This document shows, piece by piece, positions 26,320 to 35,172 of a DNA stretch of 49,448 bases. Source of the DNA: Bacillota bacterium (GTDB taxonomy: Bacteria; Bacillota; UBA4882; UBA8346); assembly GCA_029776595.1 (NCBI GenBank), contig JAKOSX010000040.1:1-49448 (forward strand). Direction: 5' to 3'. How positions within the stretch are numbered: position 1 is the stretch's first letter; the number at the start of each line of letters is the position of its first letter. The translations under genes were made by a program, and so were the position numbers. The notes beneath the pieces are model-generated. The model saw nothing but the letters and a program-made list of their open reading frames with translations. It was not told where the DNA came from and did no database searches.

Positions 26320-27300
26320 TCAGGAAACATACGTTTTCAATGCTTTAAAGGATCCTTTTAACGTATATTCGCCCAGCGCCGCCGGGATCAACAACGACTC
26401 GGGAATATCAACCCGCAAACCCCCGCCGTCATAATCAATATTCGCCGTTCCCGCAATAAAAGTATACAATATAAACCGGCTGCCGTCGGCACACTCCGTC
26501 CAAGCGCCCTCCCCGATCATCAATTCCACCGTGAAATAAGGGGTTTTGGCGACAACGGCTTTCGCCTGCCCCGGAGCCGTCGCTTCCGGTTCGGGATGGG
26601 AAAAACAGGCCGGATCGGCCGGCGAAAAATTGATCACCCGCATCGCCTTGTCGATATGCAAGAGACGTTCCCGGCCGTCGCCATCTTTGCGCCGGTAATC
26701 GTAGACCCGATAGGTTACATTGGAATTTTGTTGAATCTCCGCAAGGACGATGCCCTTCCCCAAGCCGTGGACGGTCCCGGCCGGGATCAGGATCACGTCC
26801 CCGACGGATACTTTCCGGAAATAAAGACAAGTTTCCAAGGTCCCTTCCGCCAGGGCCGCCGCAAACCGGTCAGCAGTCACTCCCGGCAGCAAACCGCAAA
26901 TGATTTCCGCTTCCGGTTCCGCCGCCATAATATACCACATCTCCGTTTTACCGTAAGTTTCTCCCTCATACGTCCTGGCAAAATGGTCATCGGGGTGAAC
27001 CTGTACGGACAGCGGTTGTTGAGCGTCGATCAATTTCACCAGCAACGGAAATTTCTCCCGGAAAACCGGATCCACATCCCGACCCAATACGTCTTCTCCG
27101 TTTCCCTCCAAAACCTCCGGAAGGGTCAGGCCGGCCAGGGGGCCGTTGCAAATCACGCTGACACCGTCGGGATGGGCCGATATTTCCCAGCTTTCCGCGA
27201 CGATCCCCGGCGGCAAAGCCCGGCCCAATCGTTCCAACGAGCGTCCTCCCCATAAATAATCCTTATATACCGGCGTAAACCGGAACGGATACAACGCCAT
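26320..27300 (-). CDS. manA: Class I mannose-6-phosphate isomerase
   Basis: 326 aa. YPFRFTPVYKDYLWGG, SWEISAH, LSVQVHPDD and AGTVHGLG are cupin-type PMI type I motifs. Confidence 0.8.
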   Translation of the reverse strand: MALYPFRFTPVYKDYLWGGRSLERLGRALPPGIVAESWEISAHPDGVSVICNGPLAGLTLPEVLEGNGEDVLGRDVDPVFREKFPLLVKLIDAQQPLSVQVHPDDHFARTYEGETYGKTEMWYIMAAEPEAEIICGLLPGVTADRFAAALAEGTLETCLYFRKVSVGDVILIPAGTVHGLGKGIVLAEIQQNSNVTYRVYDYRRKDGDGRERLLHIDKAMRVINFSPADPACFSHPEPEATAPGQAKAVVAKTPYFTVELMIGEGAWTECADGSRFILYTFIAGTANIDYDGGGLRVDIPESLLIPAALGEYTLKGSFKALKTYVS

Positions 27301-27318
27301 CGATCCGAAACCCCACGA

Positions 27319-27978
27319 TTATAGGACGATCCTTAGACCCAACAGTTTAAAAATCCATCCGGCCAAAAAAGCGATGATTTGGCCTATAGGCAAAATATCC
27401 CTATTGGTCACCGTTTCCAGCAAAATCAGGCCAATCAACGCCATGGTCCCATACCTGAATAAGGCAACTTTTACATAAAAATACTTGTCGGGGATCAGCA
27501 CCGCAATCACATGCGAACCGTCCAGCGGCGGGATCGGAAACATGTTAAAGACGGCCAAACCGATATTGATCAGCACGAAATTGACCATCATGACAAAGAG
27601 CGCTTCGCCCCAAACCGGCTGAGAAAACCATTGTCTGCCGAAGACCAGCATCATTTTTAACATCCATCCGAAAAAGATGGCAGCCACCACATTGGAAGCC
27701 GGGCCGGCAACGGAAACCAAAATCTCGTCCCGCCGGGGTTTTTGAAATGCCCTGGGGTTCACCGTCACCGGTTTTGCCCAGCCGAATCCGAGAAACAGCA
27801 GGCAGATAAAACCCATAGGGTCAAGATGGGCCAGCGGGTTGAGGGTCAACCGGCCTTCAGAAGTCCGGTCCCCAAGCCGAGCGGCGATAAAAGCATGGGC
27901 ACATTCATGGATCGATATGGCGAATAAAATCGCAGGTAAGCGCAATAACGTCGCAGCAAGTTCACCAGTGGAAAACAC
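27319..27978 (-). CDS. Site-2 protease family (peptidase M50) membrane metalloprotease
   Basis: 219 aa. HECAHAF (HExxH) lies in a TM helix, and PIPPLDGSH follows downstream. GTG start with GAGGAGG. Confidence 0.8.
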   Translation of the reverse strand: MFSTGELAATLLRLPAILFAISIHECAHAFIAARLGDRTSEGRLTLNPLAHLDPMGFICLLFLGFGWAKPVTVNPRAFQKPRRDEILVSVAGPASNVVAAIFFGWMLKMMLVFGRQWFSQPVWGEALFVMMVNFVLINIGLAVFNMFPIPPLDGSHVIAVLIPDKYFYVKVALFRYGTMALIGLILLETVTNRDILPIGQIIAFLAGWIFKLLGLRIVL

Positions 27979-28005
27979 GAGGACCTCCTCAATATGGTTA
28001 AATCT

Positions 28006-28803
28006 TCAAATTTGCCATTGTTTTTTAAGCCAAGCCGCACATAAATCTTTCCAGACCGCCACTTCGGGAAGGTTCGGCGCCAGTCCCAAACCGTGCTTTC
28101 CTTCGGGAAATACATGCAGCTCAAAAGGGACCCGACAACGGCTCAAGGCCGCCGCCATCCACAGCGAATTTTCCACCGGGACCGAAGCATCATTGGCCGT
28201 ATGCCATAAAAAGGCCGGCGGCGTATTGGCTGAAACATTTTTCTCCAGGGACATACGGGCCAAAGCGTCCGGATCCGGCGCTTCACCCAGCAGCCGCTCC
28301 CTGGATCCCTGATGAGCGAATTCGCCGTCCATGACAATAACCGGATATGCCAATACCATCAGCCCCGGCCTGGAACTCATCCGCTCCACCGGATCCGCGG
28401 CCTTAGGATTTCCCTCATCAAAATATATACCGGTGGATGCCGCTAAATGACCGCCGGCCGAAAAACCTAATATGCCGATTTTTTCGGGGTCCAGATTCCA
28501 CTCGGCGGCGTGATACCGGACATAACGAATGGCCCGGCGTGCATCCCAGTACGGCACCGGATGTTGATAGGGGACCACCCGGTAATGCAATACAAATGCC
28601 GAGATACCCAGGGAATTTAACCATTCCGCCACCGGAGCCCCTTCATGTTCCGCCCGGTGGTGATATCCTCCGCCCGGACAAACGATGACGGCTCCGTGAG
28701 GTTTCTCCTTTTTAAGCAAGAACGGAGTCAAATGGGGAATTTCTTCCGGGAAATCTTGGCGATAACCCGGAATTTCTTCAACATTCGGCCACAATTTCAG
28801 CAT
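28006..28803 (-). CDS. Alpha/beta hydrolase (esterase/lipase-type)
   Basis: 265 aa. Oxyanion region CPGGGYHH. Nucleophile elbow GFSAGGHLA. C-terminal His region FPEGKHGL. Confidence 0.8.
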   Translation of the reverse strand: MLKLWPNVEEIPGYRQDFPEEIPHLTPFLLKKEKPHGAVIVCPGGGYHHRAEHEGAPVAEWLNSLGISAFVLHYRVVPYQHPVPYWDARRAIRYVRYHAAEWNLDPEKIGILGFSAGGHLAASTGIYFDEGNPKAADPVERMSSRPGLMVLAYPVIVMDGEFAHQGSRERLLGEAPDPDALARMSLEKNVSANTPPAFLWHTANDASVPVENSLWMAAALSRCRVPFELHVFPEGKHGLGLAPNLPEVAVWKDLCAAWLKKQWQI

Positions 28804-29015
28804 TTTCTTATCTCCTTTAAATAGAATCTAACATCCCTTATTTCATTCACGAACATTGCCTTCAGTTCCTGCTATAAACCTTAACAGAATCGTTTCATAT
28901 AAATATCCGCCAAAAAGGATTTGTCCAAGGTTATTCAGTAAAGTATTCTTGCCAATATACCGACAATAAAGATGGAAAACAATATCAATACGTATTACAT
29001 ATTCGGAGGAAAAAA

Positions 29016-32000
29016 GTGAATTTCCCGACGATCACCGGTAAACGAACCCGCCAGTTAACCATCGGCTATATCGGTCAACATGCTTATAACGGTATTGGAC
29101 AACGGATCATGAAGGGCATTTATGATGCGGCCCAAGACTATGACCTTAATTTGCTCTGTTTTATCGGCGGATCCACTATTAGTCAAAGGGAAGTCAACCG
29201 GTCTGAAATGACCGCCGTCAACCTGCTGACCCCCGACAGCTTGGACGGACTCATCTCCTGGACTTCTTCGCTTTATTATTATATGGACGAAGCGGCCGTT
29301 TACTCTTTTTTGCGGAAATTCCACCCCCTGCCTGTGGTCAGCATTTCCTTGGCGGTTAACGACATACCTTCGATCCAAGTGGACAACCGCCAGGGGATTC
29401 ATCTGCTGATGCAGCATCTGATCAAAGTCCATCATTTGCAGCGCTTTGCCTTTATCAAAGGTAGAGAAGGCCATGAGTCTTCCACGGAACGTTATGAAGC
29501 GTACCTGGATGTCCTGCGGCAGTATCAGATTCCTTTCGACCCGAACCTGGTGGTTGAAACCCGGGATATTTTCCCCGAAGAAGCCGTCAAAGCCGTCGAA
29601 GTCCTCTTCGACCGGCGCAAACTCAAGCCCAAAAAAGATATTGAAGCCATTATTACGGTTTCCGATATTTTTTCATCTGTCATCGTTGAAGAATTAAACC
29701 GCCGCGGGATCAAAGTCCCCAACGATATTGCCGTCGTCGGTTTTAACAACCGTTCGGAAAGCTACCAATGTTGGCCGCCTTTGACAACCGTGGACGTGGA
29801 TTTCTATCAGGCGGGCTACCTTTCCGTGGAAAATCTGCTAAAGCAGATTCATCATCTTCCCTGCCCGGCTGTAACCCGCGTCCCGGCAAAATTGATCATT
29901 CGCCAGTCCTGCGGATGTTTTGAACGAAGCATCCGCAGAATAGCCACTGTCCCGGCGGAACAGGATCAAGCATTGCCGTCCCGCGTTGACATGTCTGAAA
30001 TCAATCGCATCATCGAAGAGATTATCGCTGACTCCGAATTGCCGTCGGAACCGATCCGGGAGTTTATCTTGGCGATTATTGACTTTTTCGAAAATAACGG
30101 GGATAAAGTCCAGCTCCTCCACACGCTTGGAGATATCATCAATCAAACCCAAAGCGAGCCCCATTATTTGCTTCACTGGCAAAATATCGTCACGGAACTG
30201 CGCAAGATGCTCCTTCCCCAATTGCAGGCAAGGACATGGGCCGAAACCGCCGAAGAAATTTGGCATCAGATCCGGATCTTGCTCTTTAAATGCCTGGAAT
30301 ACACTTTCCCCCAACCGTCCCATGCCACGTTGGATCCGAACCACTTGGGGCAGATTGGGGGCTTGTTTAACCACGCCCAAAATCTGGATGAACTCACCGC
30401 GTTAATGGCAAAGGAAGTCCCATCCTTGGGCATTCCCGGCTGTTATCTCACACTTTACGAAAATCCTAACAATCCCAGTGAGGGAGCCCGCCTTATCCTG
30501 GCATTCAACCGTGAAGGCCGAATCCCGGATGCAGAAAACTCCGTTTTTCCTTCGTATCAGATTTTGCCCGAACGTTTTTTAAACGCTTCCGGACGCGTCA
30601 ATTTCCTAATCGAATCCTGCTTTTACAAAAACCGGGAATTAGGCTATGTTCTGTTTGAAATGGGCCCGCTTGGCGGTCCGCTCTATGAAGTCCTTCGGGC
30701 CCACTTCAGCTCTTCCCTGCACAGCGCGTTAACCATGGAAGAGCAACGGAGGATCGAACAAGAACGGGAAGAGCTCTTCCGCACATTGGAGATGGCCAAC
30801 CGGGAACTGGAAGAGAAAAACGATGACATTAAAGAAGTTAACCGGCAACTGCAACAGGCCATCGAGGACACCAAAAAAGCCAATGAAGCCAAAAGCCGAT
30901 TTTTGGCCAATATCAGCCACGAAATCCGGACGCCGTTAAACTGCATTATCGGTTTTGCGGAAATCATCAAAAATACCGCCCATGTCGAAGAACGCCAGCG
31001 TTATCTCAACCTGATCATCGACGAATCCGAAAAAATGCTGGAACTTATTAACCAACTCCTGGATATCTCCAAAATCGAAACCGGGAAATTGCGGCTGGTC
31101 CATGAACCCTTTAACATCCGCGAAGTGTTGGAATCCATCACTTCAGCCTACTCCACCCTGGCCCATAATAAAGGCCTGGCCTATTATTTACACGTTGCCG
31201 AAGATATCCCGGAGACATTCATCGGCGATGCATTGCGCTTAAGGCAAATTTTAATCAATCTCATCGGAAACGCCATCAAATTCACATTTAAAGGCCATGT
31301 TTCCACCCGCGTCATCTTGGCGGAACAAACCGATACGGATATCACCTTGCGTTTTGAAATTGAAGACACCGGCATCGGCATCCCCGCAGATAAACAACGC
31401 TCCATCTTCGACCCCTTTGTCCAGGCGGAAGATACCACCACCCGCAAATTCGGAGGGACCGGATTGGGGACAACCATCGCCAAAGAGTTGGTGGAATTGA
31501 TGGACGGTCAAATCGGCGTGGACAGCACTCCGGGGAAGGGAAGCATCTTTTGGTTTACCGCCCGGTTTCAAAAAACATCACATGAAACGGCCATTCCGCC
31601 CGCATTTCAATACAACGAAAAACTGCAGACGTTGCCGGCATTCCATGACGCTCACATTTTGCTGGTTGAAGATTATCCCACCAACCGCGAAGTGGCATTG
31701 ATGCATCTTAAAAATCTGGGTTGCATCGTCCATACCGCCGAAAACGGGAAGATCGCCGTTGAAAAATTTCGTGAAAACCCCGTCGATCTGATCCTGATGG
31801 ACGTGCAAATGCCGGAGATGAACGGTTACCAAGCCACCCAGCTCATTCGGAAACTCCCGGGCGGCAAGTCCGTTCCCATTATCGGGATGACCGCCAACGC
31901 CTTCAACTCCGACCTTTCCAACTGCTTAAAAGCAGGAATGGATGACGTCATCACCAAACCTTTCCGGAAAAAGCTGTTTTTGGAGAAGGTGGTGTACTGG

Positions 32001-32474
32001 CTGTCATCGGGAGCGGACCATCCCACACCCCTTCCGAATCCGGCAGCATCCGATCCAGCGTCCGCAGCGGACACCGGCTCTTCCTCCGGCCATCCGCCGC
32101 TTAATTGGGCACGAACCTTGGCGGAATTCGATCACGATCAGCCATTTGTCATTCATCTGATCCAAGAATTCGTTAACCACGGCCGTCAGCAACTTCACAT
32201 CATTCAGAATGCCGTCGCTAACAATGACGCAACTACGGTCTACCGGGAAGCCCACTCCATCAAAGGCGGCGCCGAAAACCTTCACGCTGCTCCGTTGGCG
32301 GAGGCTGCCCGTTACCTGGAGTCTCTCGGCAAAAACAAACGGCTGGACCATCCCGACCTTCCCGGGATTATCCAGACCCTCAGTCAAGAGCTGGATCGAC
32401 TGAATGCATATGCCACGGAAATCCATACGCAGAAAAAAAGGACCAACCCTACCGTTTCCGGTCCGTCGTCGTAA
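29016..32474 (+). CDS. Soluble hybrid sensor kinase: LacI/PBP1-type ligand-binding domain - GAF-like region - coiled coil - HisKA - HATPase - REC - HPt
   Basis: 1152 aa. GTG start with GGAGGA RBS. I saw no hydrophobic TM segment. The N-terminal ~300 aa resemble sugar-binding PBP/LacI cores (LTIGYIGQ..., IAVVGFNN). H-box FLANISHEIRTPLN. N and G boxes GNAIKFT, EDTGIGIP, GGTGLGTTIA. REC ILLVEDYP...DLILMDVQMPEMNG. HPt YREAHSIKGGAENL. Confidence 0.9.
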   Translation: MNFPTITGKRTRQLTIGYIGQHAYNGIGQRIMKGIYDAAQDYDLNLLCFIGGSTISQREVNRSEMTAVNLLTPDSLDGLISWTSSLYYYMDEAAVYSFLRKFHPLPVVSISLAVNDIPSIQVDNRQGIHLLMQHLIKVHHLQRFAFIKGREGHESSTERYEAYLDVLRQYQIPFDPNLVVETRDIFPEEAVKAVEVLFDRRKLKPKKDIEAIITVSDIFSSVIVEELNRRGIKVPNDIAVVGFNNRSESYQCWPPLTTVDVDFYQAGYLSVENLLKQIHHLPCPAVTRVPAKLIIRQSCGCFERSIRRIATVPAEQDQALPSRVDMSEINRIIEEIIADSELPSEPIREFILAIIDFFENNGDKVQLLHTLGDIINQTQSEPHYLLHWQNIVTELRKMLLPQLQARTWAETAEEIWHQIRILLFKCLEYTFPQPSHATLDPNHLGQIGGLFNHAQNLDELTALMAKEVPSLGIPGCYLTLYENPNNPSEGARLILAFNREGRIPDAENSVFPSYQILPERFLNASGRVNFLIESCFYKNRELGYVLFEMGPLGGPLYEVLRAHFSSSLHSALTMEEQRRIEQEREELFRTLEMANRELEEKNDDIKEVNRQLQQAIEDTKKANEAKSRFLANISHEIRTPLNCIIGFAEIIKNTAHVEERQRYLNLIIDESEKMLELINQLLDISKIETGKLRLVHEPFNIREVLESITSAYSTLAHNKGLAYYLHVAEDIPETFIGDALRLRQILINLIGNAIKFTFKGHVSTRVILAEQTDTDITLRFEIEDTGIGIPADKQRSIFDPFVQAEDTTTRKFGGTGLGTTIAKELVELMDGQIGVDSTPGKGSIFWFTARFQKTSHETAIPPAFQYNEKLQTLPAFHDAHILLVEDYPTNREVALMHLKNLGCIVHTAENGKIAVEKFRENPVDLILMDVQMPEMNGYQATQLIRKLPGGKSVPIIGMTANAFNSDLSNCLKAGMDDVITKPFRKKLFLEKVVYWLSSGADHPTPLPNPAASDPASAADTGSSSGHPPLNWARTLAEFDHDQPFVIHLIQEFVNHGRQQLHIIQNAVANNDATTVYREAHSIKGGAENLHAAPLAEAARYLESLGKNKRLDHPDLPGIIQTLSQELDRLNAYATEIHTQKKRTNPTVSGPSS

Positions 32475-32522
32475 CATTCAAATTACCCAGGATAATACCT
32501 CGATAATCAGGAGGAAGAATAC

Positions 32523-33548
32523 ATGAAGATTTTAATTGTCGAAGACGAATTGGTCAGCCGGAATAAACTGGAACGGTTAATCCACAGCCTGGGTTATGAA
32601 ACCCTGGTTGCCGTCGACGGTAAAGAAGCTCTAAAAATCTGGCGATCCGAACGCCCCCGAATCGTCATCACGGACTGGATCATGCCCAAACTCGACGGCA
32701 TCGAACTCTGTAAACAGATCCGAAAAGCGGAAGGCAGTCAATATACGTATATTATTATGGTCACTTCCAAGACCGATACCCACGACTTGGTCGAAAGCCT
32801 GGAAGCAGGCGCCGACGATTTTATCTCCAAACCGTACGTGAAGGAAGAACTGGCGGTCAGAATCCGGGCCGGCCGGCGAATACTGGATTTTCAATCCCGG
32901 GATACGGTGATCTTTGCCATCTCCAAACTGGCGGAATCCCGCGATCCCGAAACCGGTTACCACCTGGAACGCATCCGCCACTACTCCCAAGTATTGGCGG
33001 AGACTATGGCCAAAAGCGACAATCCTCCCCCTGAAATCGACGCTTTATTCATCGACAATCTCTTTTTAACCAGCCCGTTGCATGACATCGGAAAAATCGG
33101 CATTCCTGACCATATTTTGCTTAAACCGACCCATCTTGACGACGCGGAGTTCGCCATCATGAAAACCCATACCACCATCGGTTACAACGCCTTAAATGCC
33201 GCAGCCGAAAGGGACAATCGGGCTGAATACTTAAAAATGAGCGCATCCATTGCCCTCTCCCACCACGAAAAATACGACGGGACCGGTTATCCGGAAGGGC
33301 TGAAAGGGGAAGAAATCCCCCTCTGTGCCCGAATCGTGGCATTGGCCGACGTGTATGACGCCTTGGTCAACAAGCGGGTTTACAAAGAAGCATACACCCA
33401 TGACATCGCCAAGTCCATTATCCTCCAAGGCAGAGGCACCCATTTTGACCCGAAGGTGGTCGACGCTTTTCTCCAATGCGAGTCGGCGTTCATCGAAATC
33501 AACAAACGTTACAAAGAGCGTCGGGATCACAAAGACTCTAAAGAATGA
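32523..33548 (+). CDS. Response regulator with HD-GYP domain (c-di-GMP phosphodiesterase type)
   Basis: 341 aa. REC ILIVEDE...IVITDWIMPKLDG. HD-GYP motifs HDIGKIGIPD and HHEKYDGTGYP. AGGAGG RBS. Confidence 0.9.
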   Translation: MKILIVEDELVSRNKLERLIHSLGYETLVAVDGKEALKIWRSERPRIVITDWIMPKLDGIELCKQIRKAEGSQYTYIIMVTSKTDTHDLVESLEAGADDFISKPYVKEELAVRIRAGRRILDFQSRDTVIFAISKLAESRDPETGYHLERIRHYSQVLAETMAKSDNPPPEIDALFIDNLFLTSPLHDIGKIGIPDHILLKPTHLDDAEFAIMKTHTTIGYNALNAAAERDNRAEYLKMSASIALSHHEKYDGTGYPEGLKGEEIPLCARIVALADVYDALVNKRVYKEAYTHDIAKSIILQGRGTHFDPKVVDAFLQCESAFIEINKRYKERRDHKDSKE

Positions 33549-33550
33549 GA

Positions 33551-33576
33551 AAAAACAGCCATTTCGGCTGTTTTTT
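33551..33576. terminator. Rho-independent terminator after the two-component pair (bidirectional shape)
   Basis: Stem AAAAACAGCC/GGCTGTTTTT with a 5-nt loop. It lies between convergent genes. Confidence 0.65.
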
Positions 33577-33623
33577 CTTAAGAAGCAACCAATTACAATA
33601 TGTAAATTTCAAATCGAACCGGA

Positions 33624-34130
33624 TTATAACGGCTGAATATAGTTGATGATGATTTTATCGTACATCGCGCCCATTTCGTTGCTGGTGAACACCAAAATCG
33701 TAATTTCGTCACCGGCATTTTTCACCGTAATCGGGACTTTCTTAAGGCACTCAGTGAACGTGCCGGCCAACTTTTCATCCGGATAGATTCGGAACGGCCC
33801 CACGTCCGTCTTTACGTTAATCGCATCGCTGGCTCCGTCGGGCGCATTCATGATAAATGTCAGTTCATAATAGCCGGGTTGATTAAACCGTACCGTCTTT
33901 GTCGCACTAAACTGCAGATTAGTGGCAACCACCGCTTTCCCGCCGCTGGCATCCTTATGTTCAACAATTTTTCCGTTTTGGAATTCAAAGTCTTCCAACT
34001 CGATAACCATCGGGAATCCTTCGGGCTGGTCGGCCGCCCTGACTTCCCGGGCCGTCCCCAGCGTCAGGCAAGCGAAGATGGCAGCTACAGCTAAAGCAGC
34101 TATTACATGAATTTTTAAATGTTTACCCAT
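33624..34130 (-). CDS. Secreted single-domain protein resembling a CBM6/CBM35-type carbohydrate-binding module
   Basis: 168 aa. Signal peptide ending VRA|AD. The pattern IELEDFEFQNGKIVEHKDASGGKAV...GYYELTF is typical of CBM6/35-like beta-sandwiches. Confidence 0.45.
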   Translation of the reverse strand: MGKHLKIHVIAALAVAAIFACLTLGTAREVRAADQPEGFPMVIELEDFEFQNGKIVEHKDASGGKAVVATNLQFSATKTVRFNQPGYYELTFIMNAPDGASDAINVKTDVGPFRIYPDEKLAGTFTECLKKVPITVKNAGDEITILVFTSNEMGAMYDKIIINYIQPL

Positions 34131-34261
34131 TTCTTCTCCTCCTTCATTTCACATGGCAACCTATTCTTTATTTTCTTATTTTACCATATGGGTCCGGCAA
34201 ATGTTAAATAATTTTTAATATTTTGTGTCCAATATGAAGTTTTTTTGCAATTCGCTTTCTC

Positions 34262-34963
34262 TCATTTTTTCTCTTCGTTGGCCGGAAGAATCAGTCCGCC
34301 GCCGCTGCCCACATAAATATTGGGGACTTCTCCCATGACTACCGCTTCCACCAAGGGTACTTTTGAACTGATCCGCACCTGGCGGTTGACGAACGGCACG
34401 ACCATTTTAATGGTTGCCGTCACGGTGACGAAAATCCGGTGGCGGATTTGATTAATTCCGGCCACATCAAAACTGTCCTCGATGAAACTGGTGACAACGC
34501 CGATGGGCTGAACCCTCACCGGAATTTCGGGGCCCAATCCGGAAAGCATTTTCAATCCTAAGATCTGGCCCATCGGTATCTTAATCACCTGCTGGGGCAA
34601 ATCTTTTACCCGGTTTTGGACGGCCAAGGCCGCCTCGGCCGAAATCCGGTTGATCTCGCTGGTATTCGGCTGCATAAACGATACCTTTCCCTCTTTGTCG
34701 AAATTGAGAATGATTAAATTTTGGTAACGAATATTCGGCGAAATATGGGAACGGACCGCCTCATTGATAGCACGGGTGGCTATCTGCCGGGCTTTGGCCT
34801 CCGCCAACTGGCTTAAGGTCGGACGAATCCGAAAATCCACAATATAAAAACTTCCCAGGAATATTAAGGCAAAAACCACCAATGCCGTGACAGTGGCCAA
34901 TACCCGCCGTTTATAGGGAGGAACCTGTAACGGCAAGTATCGTTTTCTTAAATTGAACCGCAT
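34262..34963 (-). CDS. yunB: Sporulation protein YunB
   Basis: 233 aa. N-terminal TM segment, then IRPTLSQLAEAKARQIATRAINEAV... and a conserved YunB-like core. Confidence 0.75.
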   Translation of the reverse strand: MRFNLRKRYLPLQVPPYKRRVLATVTALVVFALIFLGSFYIVDFRIRPTLSQLAEAKARQIATRAINEAVRSHISPNIRYQNLIILNFDKEGKVSFMQPNTSEINRISAEAALAVQNRVKDLPQQVIKIPMGQILGLKMLSGLGPEIPVRVQPIGVVTSFIEDSFDVAGINQIRHRIFVTVTATIKMVVPFVNRQVRISSKVPLVEAVVMGEVPNIYVGSGGGLILPANEEKK

Positions 34964-35172
34964 CCGTCATCCCCCACTTTACCGAAGGGCTTCGTTACAA
35001 CATCTATATTTCCCCACCTCAAAATCCATGCTGAGTTTCATGGGATATCCAGGGGTACTAAATCTTACCTTTCAGTAAAATTTTGCTTTATGGTATAATT
35101 ATTAACAACGGTTTATGCTTTTGTGATACAATATCATCGTTTTTTAAAAGGCCAGTGACTGGGAGGAGACAA

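Noticed and set aside
35083-35172. N-terminal extensions proposed by the ORF track. They affect the PBP gene here, 21456..21704 for the Zn-ribbon gene, 44471..44533 for the ABC-F gene, and 45926..45994 for the deacetylase gene.
   Set aside because: In each case an internal start has a much better Shine-Dalgarno sequence at proper spacing. The extension also overlaps a neighbouring gene or a terminator hairpin.
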